Virus record (IMG/VR): IMGVR_UViG_3300032219_000321
Span: 1 to 26,834 of that record
From: a virus
Lineage: Duplodnaviria; Caudoviricetes
Strand: one strand, 5' to 3'
DNA: 26,834 nt
Below, one piece after another: positions 16,821-23,662 of this stretch (position 1 is its first letter; every line of letters starts with the position of its first letter). Position numbers and translations under genes: made by a program. The notes below the pieces were generated by a model. The model had not been told where the DNA came from, ran no database searches, and saw only the letters and a program-made list of their open reading frames with translations.

Positions 16821-16821
16821 A

Positions 16822-19026
16822 TTAGAACCTCACTCTGAGTTCGTGTTCCATTTCGAACGTGTTGTAGATCATTCCGGGTGAATTGGATGTTACTGTAAGT
16901 CCAAGGTATTTGCCATATTGCATAGCATCGGACTTGTAGAGCGCATAGCCGTTGGACAATGACCAAGGAATTGTTTGCGAGCTGTTATTTTGCCACGGAA
17001 TTGTTGTTCCGAGGTAATTGTACCAAGTGATGAAGTTGGTCAGCGTATAGGCAGGACTTGCACCCGTCTCGCTGTCCACAGTCACGGTCAAAGTACCGCC
17101 CTGCGTCAGCGTCGCTTCAATGCCAAACTTGAGAGCCTGCTTGGTGCGGATCGTGTCCTGCATAGGCCAAAGGGCTGTCAGTAGGCGGGTCGAAACGTTA
17201 GCCGTGGAATTGGCATAAGCGCGGATCAGATTGGTTCCACCCGTGCCATACAAGTAAATGATGCCCAAAGACGGCACAGAGGTCGTCCGCAGCAAAGTGC
17301 CTTGGCTGGTGATGAACCATTTCTTGTCAAAAAACACGGCTTGGATAGGCCGCAGACCCATGACCGGATCGTTGTAATAAAAGTTGAACGCCGCGCAGAG
17401 GATGTTGTTGACAAGAACCTGACCACCCGTGATTGGATAAGAGAAGTCGATCAGAGGAAACACGCCATCCAGAGCATCAGAAATCTTGGTCGTGGTCGCA
17501 CCAACCAGCGCATACACACCGTAATCGTTCATGAACAAGACAGAACGGAAATACGGGAAGATAGAACCGGGGCGACGAGAGCCGACCGAGGCCGACACGT
17601 TGGTGTTGGTAAAGGTCGTAATGCCGTTAGTGCCAACACGAACGTCAGAGAAGACGTTAATGCTGTCGTCACCAAAGATGTAAAGGAAGTTGTTGGCACT
17701 TAGCAAAGCATTGATATTGCTGTGCAAAGTGTCGTCAGCCAGCGTCAGGTTGCCAGCCGAAATTGACGAAAAATCATTGTATTGACCAGCAGCCGTGTAA
17801 AAGACGGTACGGCCTTGGCTGATCCACACACGACCTTGGAACGTCTCAAGACCGTTGTTTGCCTTGGTTGTTGCCACACCCGTTGCTGTCGCGCCATTAC
17901 CTCCGCCGCCAGAGATCGTGACCGTCGGATTGCTTGTGTAGCCAGAGCCGGGGTTAGTTACCACAACGCCGACCACCGCACCTCCAGCAATAATAGCCGT
18001 TGCGGCAGCATTTGCCCCGCTACCGCCAGAAATTGCTACGTTGGGGGTCGATGTATAGCCAGTGCCGCCATTGGTGATGGTGACGCCGACCGTGCCATTG
18101 GCAAAGGACAAGAAGCCAGCCACGGCTGTTGCATTTGTGCCACCGCCGCCCGTGATGGTCACGTTAGGTGTGCTTGTATATCCCGTACCAGCGTTTGTAA
18201 TGCTGATACCGCTCACAAGGCCGGAGCCAAGTGTAGCTGTCAGGTTAGCCCCAGAGCCGCCACCACCTGTAATAGTGATAGCTGGCGTAGTTATGTACCC
18301 ATAACCGGGGTTTGTGATCTGAACGCCAGCGATGGCATTGTTGGAAAGGGTCGTAACGACTGCTTGAGCCTGCGTTCCGGTCGAGGAAGTCGGCGGGTCA
18401 ATCGTAATGGTCGGAAAAGCCGTAAAGCTAGTGCCACCATTATTGATTGTGATGTTAGTAATCGTGCCAGCAGCGTTCGAAATGAACGCAATAGCTGTCG
18501 CCTGCACACCATTCGTTTGGTTCGGAGCCGAAATGGTCACAAGCGGGGGCTGTGTATAACCAGAACCAGCGTTGGTGATCCCGATATTGGTAATGCAGCC
18601 AACGGTAATGAGATTAGCGCCATCCCATGTGTAATAGCCCTTCTCAGGGTCAACGATGGTGGCTCTCTCGTTCTTCCATTGTTTAGAAATGACGCCAGTA
18701 GCCGAGAAAGTGCTTGAATTGGCGACCGTCACAACCGTATTGGACGAGATTTTATAAGCTTGAGCGCTGCCATTAGATTGAAAAGCCAGAATGTAGTCCT
18801 GATTTTCGATATTCACGCTATCAATGTGCGTGACCGTGTTTGCCCATGTAATGCCGACGTTGGACTGAGCCGCAACAATCTTCAGATTTCCGTAACCAAT
18901 CGGCTGAATGTTCTCAATCCAAGCAAACTCCTCATCAGCAATAGCCGTGCGGTTTGCTTTGGTGTTCAGAGCCTTGAACGCCTTAACAACTTGGTAATTT
19001 TTCTTTTGTTCGGGCGACTGTGCCAT
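16822..19026 (-). CDS. tail nozzle / packaged-DNA stabilisation protein (P22 gp10 or tubular B-like) with internal repeat insert
   Basis: Beta-propeller-like sequence (GRVW, LYIFG, VLFMNDYGVY, KISD.L); follows the adaptor gene. Confidence 0.7.
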   Translation of the reverse strand: MAQSPEQKKNYQVVKAFKALNTKANRTAIADEEFAWIENIQPIGYGNLKIVAAQSNVGITWANTVTHIDSVNIENQDYILAFQSNGSAQAYKISSNTVVTVANSSTFSATGVISKQWKNERATIVDPEKGYYTWDGANLITVGCITNIGITNAGSGYTQPPLVTISAPNQTNGVQATAIAFISNAAGTITNITINNGGTSFTAFPTITIDPPTSSTGTQAQAVVTTLSNNAIAGVQITNPGYGYITTPAITITGGGGSGANLTATLGSGLVSGISITNAGTGYTSTPNVTITGGGGTNATAVAGFLSFANGTVGVTITNGGTGYTSTPNVAISGGSGANAAATAIIAGGAVVGVVVTNPGSGYTSNPTVTISGGGGNGATATGVATTKANNGLETFQGRVWISQGRTVFYTAAGQYNDFSSISAGNLTLADDTLHSNINALLSANNFLYIFGDDSINVFSDVRVGTNGITTFTNTNVSASVGSRRPGSIFPYFRSVLFMNDYGVYALVGATTTKISDALDGVFPLIDFSYPITGGQVLVNNILCAAFNFYYNDPVMGLRPIQAVFFDKKWFITSQGTLLRTTSVPSLGIIYLYGTGGTNLIRAYANSTANVSTRLLTALWPMQDTIRTKQALKFGIEATLTQGGTLTVTVDSETGASPAYTLTNFITWYNYLGTTIPWQNNSSQTIPWSLSNGYALYKSDAMQYGKYLGLTVTSNSPGMIYNTFEMEHELRVRF
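17870..18594 (-). repeat. six ~40-aa ITN.G.GYT..P.VTI.GGGG repeats inside the nozzle gene
   Basis: ITNAGSGYT, INNGGTSFT, ITNPGYGYI, ITNAGTGYT, ITNGGTGYT, VTNPGSGYT. Confidence 0.85.
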
Positions 19027-19664
19027 TATGGCCCCGTATTGTAGGCGTTAGGCACTCTACGGGTGAACTGGGTCGAGAGGACGTTCTGAACGAGCTTCTG
19101 ATACTCGCCCTTATAGATTTCGCTCTCCCCATAGCTCTGCTCATAATACTTCGCCAGATGAGCGGCAAAGAACGGAACAGGCTGCTGAAACGGCTGAACA
19201 ATGTCAGTTTCAACGTCAGCAAGATTAACAAGGTCTGTCGGCTGCACAACCGTGTCTACTTCAATCGTGTAAACCTGATCTGGCGATGGTCCGAGGAAAA
19301 ACTTCTGCGGTCCATAGGTAGAAAAGGCAATCGGACGGTTGTAATAGTTTTGCCAGTAACGCAACTGGGCATTAAACTGCGACCAAGGCAGATAATTCAG
19401 CGGCCATCGCGAATTGCCCCAGTAGAGATTGATGTTGATGATGTCGAGAGTATTCGAGCCATTAGGCAAAGACGAATAGTTATAGACTTCTTGGTTGGTG
19501 ACTGTCGCAGAAGTCTGAAGTTCGCGCTTACATCCCGTGTCTCGCACAAGCTGGTTACGAGCGGTATTGATGTATGCCGTCAGGTCTTGGTCAGACCAGA
19601 AATTAGCATTGGCATCATGAAGAAGCCGTCTGACTTGCGTGATGTAGTCTTGTAGCGTGGTCAT
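19026..19664 (-). CDS. head-tail adaptor (tail tubular protein A-like)
   Basis: TL.DYITQVRRLLHD....FWSD..L..YIN.A...L, P..F, LGP.PD..Y.IE.D; position upstream of the nozzle. Confidence 0.75.
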   Translation of the reverse strand: MTTLQDYITQVRRLLHDANANFWSDQDLTAYINTARNQLVRDTGCKRELQTSATVTNQEVYNYSSLPNGSNTLDIININLYWGNSRWPLNYLPWSQFNAQLRYWQNYYNRPIAFSTYGPQKFFLGPSPDQVYTIEVDTVVQPTDLVNLADVETDIVQPFQQPVPFFAAHLAKYYEQSYGESEIYKGEYQKLVQNVLSTQFTRRVPNAYNTGP

Positions 19665-19676
19665 CTTGGTTCCACA

Positions 19677-20012
19677 TCATGCAGCCTTGGTCCCTTTCCC
19701 CTCTCCCTGCCTTGGAACAGAGAGAGGGGTCCGGTCCACCGTTGGGGACGTTTCGCGGTGGGCCTGTGGCCGTGTCTCGCTGATCTCAAACTGGTTAAGA
19801 CGAGCAAGCGCTTCCGGCTTGTCATTTGCTGTTTTGGTCCAGCCGAGGCGAACTATTGTTTCTGTCTTGTCTTCTAAACCATAACCAAAAACATGCCGTG
19901 CCACTTCAAGTGGAACCTCGACGGGCTTTCTGGGAAGAAATTCATATTTCTTTCCGTCCCACCCGTCGATTAGGATGTCGTTAGTCTTGTTTATGACCCA
20001 GACAGTAAGCAT
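19677..20012 (-). CDS. hypothetical protein (111 aa)
   Basis: TAATG coupling within the head module. Confidence 0.7.
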   Translation of the reverse strand: MLTVWVINKTNDILIDGWDGKKYEFLPRKPVEVPLEVARHVFGYGLEDKTETIVRLGWTKTANDKPEALARLNQFEISETRPQAHRETSPTVDRTPLSVPRQGEGKGTKAA

Positions 20013-20458
20013 TAGAACGTCACGATGTCGCCATAGACGCTGATGAACGCCTGAGCATTAGCAACATTGGCCGTGACGTTCACGAACAGAGTGTTTGCTG
20101 TGTAGCAAGTTTTAGCTGTATCGGTGTTGAGCGTCAGATCAACGAATGTTGTGTTATTGGTCAGGTTCGTCAGGGTCGTGGTGTTTGCAACGAGGTTTGC
20201 ACCGTCATTGGTCGTGCCAACTGTGACGTTAGCAGAAGCAGCCGACGGAGCAGTCCCGCCTGCGCTATTCGACAGGTTAGCAACAGTGATACGCCGAATG
20301 ATGTATTCGGTTGTACCGCTTGTGCCACCCGACAGGATAGGCAGAGCAACGACAGCATTACCCGTCGTTGCCAGCGAGAACGGAGCTCTGACAGTAGCAA
20401 GGCGCTTATTTCCAAAGCCGTCTTGTAATTCAGAGCCGACGCGGTTTTGGTTAGCCAT
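20012..20458 (-). CDS. putative capsid decoration / cement protein
   Basis: Beta-rich Thr/Asn/Ala protein downstream of the MCP; SD AAGGAG. Confidence 0.6.
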   Translation of the reverse strand: MANQNRVGSELQDGFGNKRLATVRAPFSLATTGNAVVALPILSGGTSGTTEYIIRRITVANLSNSAGGTAPSAASANVTVGTTNDGANLVANTTTLTNLTNNTTFVDLTLNTDTAKTCYTANTLFVNVTANVANAQAFISVYGDIVTF

Positions 20459-20469
20459 CTGAGTTCTCC

Positions 20470-20832
20470 TTACGAGGTAGCGTAGGAGGACTGAGGTGCT
20501 GCATTACCGCCGTTGACTGTGTACAACGTGATCGTCTGAGTTCCCGTCGAAGCATTTGCACGAACGTTGTAACCGTCCGAAACAATCGAACCGCCGACGT
20601 TCGCAGCAATCCACGTTGTCCAGCTATTAGCCGTACCCGTGTAAGCGTTGAACTCGATGGTCACGTTTGCTGTAGGAAGCAGAACGTAGTTGCCAGCGGG
20701 CAAGAACTGGGACGAACCCATAGCTGTCGCGTTACCAGCACCAACGCTGGAAACAGTGACAGGCTGGAAGTACGCACCAGCCGTATTGGCCGAGGCATTA
20801 GCGAGAATAATTTTGTTATTGGCGAGTGCCAT
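20470..20832 (-). CDS. putative capsid decoration protein
   Basis: Immediately follows the MCP; SD TAAGGAG; beta-rich. Confidence 0.6.
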   Translation of the reverse strand: MALANNKIILANASANTAGAYFQPVTVSSVGAGNATAMGSSQFLPAGNYVLLPTANVTIEFNAYTGTANSWTTWIAANVGGSIVSDGYNVRANASTGTQTITLYTVNGGNAAPQSSYATS

Positions 20833-20844
20833 AAGTCGATCTCC

Positions 20845-21855
20845 TTAGAGCGAGAGCGAGTTGTAGCCCGTCACCTTAGTCATCGACTTAGGCTTAGTGC
20901 TAACAAGCTCAGCAATATTGATGACCGCGCCGACGTAGCCAATCTGCCAGTTAGGCAGAGTGCTCTCGAAGCCCGTGAACACGAACTGGCCCTGCTCATG
21001 GATGTAGAGCGAGAGATAGTTGGTGTTGAGGAGGTACAGAGTACCTTCTGGGCAGTACGGGTCAGGATAGATCGGAACGCCAGCGACCATGAGGGCGCGG
21101 AACGCCGACTGCGGGCCATTCGCGTCGCCATCAAAGCCCGAGCCGGGGGTGATGACGTACTGTTCTTGACCAACGTAGTCCTGCGCGAGGAGCGTCCAAG
21201 TACCAAAGCCGCAGACACCGAATGTCGGGACTTCAGCACCGTTCTTGACTGTGCCGGAGATGTACTGAAGCACGTTCTGACGGGTCGGGTTGACCGAGCC
21301 AGCAGCATACTGCTTCGACTTCCACCAAGCATAGGTGTTACGGTTGATGTTGCCGTAGGTCGCTGTGCCTGTGCCATCGTCAACAGCCGCCGGAAGGCCC
21401 GTGAAAGCCTGCGTGTTGGTGGTGTTGTTGTAGAGGGCAGTCGCCATAGCGTCCATCATCACGTTCGTAGCGTCGTTCATACGAGCTTCGATGAGCGGGA
21501 TGATAGCATGATCCTGCTGGACAGCGCCTTCCATGCCGAGGAACGGCACAGGAGAGATCATGAGCTTGAGGTTGAACTCAGCGTTGTAAGCACCCTGCTG
21601 GACGGCAGGCTGTGCGAACGAACCCGAGTAGTCAGACCACTGAGCATTGACGAACTGAGCGCCCTGCACCGGAACCGTGACTGACGAGACACCGCCCGTT
21701 GCAGTCTGCGAGTTCGCGATCAGAGCCGCCATCAGCGGCGTCGAGTTATAGATTTGGACCACCATCTTTGGGATGAAGGCCCGGCGGGTCACATACGTCA
21801 GTTCTGTGTACTGATTAGTGCCCGATGCGGGGAGAATACCGCCTCCGATAGGCAT
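20845..21855 (-). CDS. major capsid protein (HK97-fold expected)
   Basis: 336 aa after the scaffold; FTGLPAAVD, YGNINR....WWKS, GVPIY.DPYCP.G.LYLLNTNYL; strongly biased codons; SD GAGGTG. Confidence 0.85.
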   Translation of the reverse strand: MPIGGGILPASGTNQYTELTYVTRRAFIPKMVVQIYNSTPLMAALIANSQTATGGVSSVTVPVQGAQFVNAQWSDYSGSFAQPAVQQGAYNAEFNLKLMISPVPFLGMEGAVQQDHAIIPLIEARMNDATNVMMDAMATALYNNTTNTQAFTGLPAAVDDGTGTATYGNINRNTYAWWKSKQYAAGSVNPTRQNVLQYISGTVKNGAEVPTFGVCGFGTWTLLAQDYVGQEQYVITPGSGFDGDANGPQSAFRALMVAGVPIYPDPYCPEGTLYLLNTNYLSLYIHEQGQFVFTGFESTLPNWQIGYVGAVINIAELVSTKPKSMTKVTGYNSLSL

Positions 21856-21905
21856 TAGTTCACCTCATGTTAAGTTTCGGTTTGCGCCTCTCGTCCCCGA
21901 TAATG

Positions 21906-22451
21906 TCAAAACCCAATCGGACGCGGGTTCTTCCGCAATTCCGTCAGAGCCTTGGCAGCTTCGTCGCGGGCAGCGGAAGCAGGATTTTTCCAGAACTTAG
22001 ACAGTGAGCTACGAGCGCTGTCATCCAAGACGTTTCGATTATAGGAAGTCTGAGGAGTAGGCGTCGCGGCTTGCCGCATATAGTTCCAGTAATCTGCCGC
22101 CGCTTCGTGGTTGGTTATACCTTTTTCGAGCATAACTTTTTCCACTTCCGCGATGTCATCTTCTGATTTCACCTTGCCAGTTTTAATGAGGTCGCGCCGA
22201 CGACGTTCCAAGGTGTCGAGCGCTTCGCGTTCACGCAGCTTACCTTCAAGCAGGTTTACGCGCTCATTAGACTGTTCAAGTCTTGCTGCCACTTCATCTT
22301 TCAAGTCGATGGCATCAATCGTGAGAGAAGGACGAGCCTTCTTGGTAAGGCGCAAAAACGCCTCCCGAGTATCTGGGTTGTCAGCCAATTCGCGAGCAAG
22401 CTGAGCAAGCTCATCACGGGCTTCCGGTGTAAGGTCTTCGAGAGACGGCAT
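21906..22451 (-). CDS. putative scaffolding protein
   Basis: Charged, helical 181-aa protein directly upstream of the MCP. Confidence 0.65.
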   Translation of the reverse strand: MPSLEDLTPEARDELAQLARELADNPDTREAFLRLTKKARPSLTIDAIDLKDEVAARLEQSNERVNLLEGKLREREALDTLERRRRDLIKTGKVKSEDDIAEVEKVMLEKGITNHEAAADYWNYMRQAATPTPQTSYNRNVLDDSARSSLSKFWKNPASAARDEAAKALTELRKNPRPIGF

Positions 22452-22475
22452 TGTTTTGTCCCCTATGCTGTCTGG

Positions 22476-22661
22476 TTAGATGACTTTTTTGCCATCGCCG
22501 GGAGGAACGATCTTGTAGATGTTCTTCGAGGCGGTCTTCTTGGCGCTATCAAGGCCACCGAGCGTCGCGAAACGCGGCGTGTTGGTGATCTGACCATTCT
22601 GCTGCTGATTGGTCGTCGGGTTGCGAGGCGCAGCGGCCCCGCGAGGCTTAAACAGGTCCAT
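22476..22661 (-). CDS. hypothetical protein (61 aa, MDLFKPRG...)
   Basis: ATG 22661 after SD TAGGAG; the ORF-track 5' extension overlaps the upstream gene and is unlikely. Confidence 0.7.
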   Translation of the reverse strand: MDLFKPRGAAAPRNPTTNQQQNGQITNTPRFATLGGLDSAKKTASKNIYKIVPPGDGKKVI

Positions 22662-22671
22662 TTTGTCGCTC

Positions 22672-23154
22672 CTACATGGGCGGGGTCGGTCCACCGGGCG
22701 GCATACCCGGTGGCATTGCGGTCGGCGCACCAGCGCCCATAGGCGCGGGCGGTGCAGGCATGGGGGGTGCACCACCGGGGGCTGAGCCACCCGGCAGCGC
22801 ACCAGCCGCCTGCGGGAGATTGTTAAGAAGCTGCATGATCTCAGCAGCCTGCAATTCGTCCGTCTTTTGCTTCTTTGCACCAATGATGGAAGTCAAAGAG
22901 TTAAGAGCTGACATGAGTTTACGGCCTTCCGGTGTGGAAGAACCGATTTGTGGGAGCGAGCGTTCCAGAAGATCAAGCGCCATGCTGACGTTAATCATAG
23001 CGGCTTCGCGTTCGCCAGCCTTGGGCTCTGGCGTTGACATAGGCGAAGGCATAGGAGGCATTGCTTCTGAAGCAGGAGGCGGGGCCATAGGTTCATCGCC
23101 CGTTGGAGCGGGACCACCCTTTGCCATCAACTGCATAATGTCCTGATCGGCCAT
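22672..23154 (-). CDS. Pro/Gly/Met-rich protein with helical core
   Basis: SD AAGGTG; disordered termini around a helical centre. Confidence 0.75.
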   Translation of the reverse strand: MADQDIMQLMAKGGPAPTGDEPMAPPPASEAMPPMPSPMSTPEPKAGEREAAMINVSMALDLLERSLPQIGSSTPEGRKLMSALNSLTSIIGAKKQKTDELQAAEIMQLLNNLPQAAGALPGGSAPGGAPPMPAPPAPMGAGAPTAMPPGMPPGGPTPPM

Positions 23155-23170
23155 GTAACACCTTAGTTTC

Positions 23171-23204
23171 TGTCAAAATGCTGACAGTCAGCACGAAATG
23201 TCAA
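23171..23204 (-). promoter_or_regulatory. candidate promoter/operator: two TTGACA flanking the palindrome TGCTGAC-N-GTCAGCA
   Basis: TTGACA on the - strand at 23199-23204 and 23171-23176; 7-1-7 inverted repeat at 23179-23193; no consensus -10. Confidence 0.45.
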
Positions 23205-23243
23205 GCGGGGGATATTTTTACGTCCGTCCCCCGTCAGACGAAA

Positions 23244-23266
23244 CCAAAAACGGGACTAACCCGTTT
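23244..23266 (-). terminator. intrinsic terminator-like hairpin after the micro-ORF array
   Basis: AAACGGG-TTAGT-CCCGTTT continuing TTGGTTT on the - strand, 5 nt after the last micro-ORF stop. Confidence 0.55.
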
Positions 23267-23271
23267 ATTAG

Positions 23272-23310
23272 TTAGCGGCGAGCCTTACGGCCCTTGCGAC
23301 CCATACGCAT
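23272..23310 (-). CDS. Arg/Lys-rich micropeptide 3, MRMGRKGRKARR (12 aa)
   Basis: SD GGAG then ACGCAAA ATG; ends CGC TAA; shares RKGRKA with micropeptide 2. Confidence 0.65.
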   Translation of the reverse strand: MRMGRKGRKARR

Positions 23311-23375
23311 TTTGCGTCTCCGTCATGAGAGGGATGTATTGGTTTGAAAAGCTAATGGACCCTTGCGGGAACCAA

Positions 23376-23411
23376 TTAGCGCTTTGCCTTGCGGCCCTTA
23401 CGCTTAGCCAT
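23376..23411 (-). CDS. Arg/Lys-rich micropeptide 2, MAKRKGRKAKR (11 aa)
   Basis: SD GGAGG then CCGACACA ATG; ends CGC TAA. Confidence 0.68.
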   Translation of the reverse strand: MAKRKGRKAKR

Positions 23412-23452
23412 TGTGTCGGCCTCCGGTTAGAGTAACTGTCCCCAATTTCGGT

Positions 23453-23497
23453 TTAGCGACGCTTGCCGCGACGGCTGCGCTTCATTGACTTGTACAT
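23453..23497 (-). CDS. Arg/Lys-rich micropeptide 1, MYKSMKRSRRGKRR (14 aa)
   Basis: SD GAGGT overlapping the upstream stop, ATG 3 nt after it; ends CGC TAA. Confidence 0.65.
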   Translation of the reverse strand: MYKSMKRSRRGKRR

Positions 23498-23500
23498 AGC

Positions 23501-23662
23501 TTACCTCACGTTTACACGTTGGTTCTGTCGCTGTGTCTGATCCCGCCCGATAGACCGGATCGAAGACACGCGATACTGGAGGTTCGCTGGTTTTTGCTCG
23601 CGTGTCAATTCTTTGGCACTAAAACGAGGTTGATCGCCTGTGGTCGCTTGACGTTCAGCCAT
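23501..23662 (-). CDS. hypothetical protein (53 aa; not in the ORF track)
   Basis: MAERQATTGDQPRFSAKELTREQKPANLQYRVSSIRSIGRDQTQRQNQRVNVR*; SD AAGGGAG; ATG overlaps the portal 3' end. Confidence 0.65.
   Translation of the reverse strand: MAERQATTGDQPRFSAKELTREQKPANLQYRVSSIRSIGRDQTQRQNQRVNVR

Noticed and set aside
17782-18717. 311-aa + strand ORF
   Set aside because: Antisense shadow of the Gly/Thr repeat region; Cys/Arg-rich nonsense composition.
20880-21383. 167-aa alternative-frame ORF in the capsid gene, possible frameshift product
   Set aside because: Ser/Arg-rich shadow frame caused by codon bias; no SD and no slippery heptamer seen near the MCP end.
21856-21905. Weak TCGG...CCGA stem in the scaffold-capsid spacer
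   Set aside because: Only about 4 bp of pairing; not distinguishable from chance.
23178-23435. 85-aa + strand ORF across the micro-ORF region
   Set aside because: Antisense to the late operon, no SD, implausible composition; the - strand micro-ORFs have SDs and synonymous divergence.
23272-23497. Possible CRISPR-like or mini repeat-spacer array
   Set aside because: Repeat similarity is at the codon level with third-position changes, spacing is unequal (86 and 101 nt between starts), and there are no identical repeats or cas genes.
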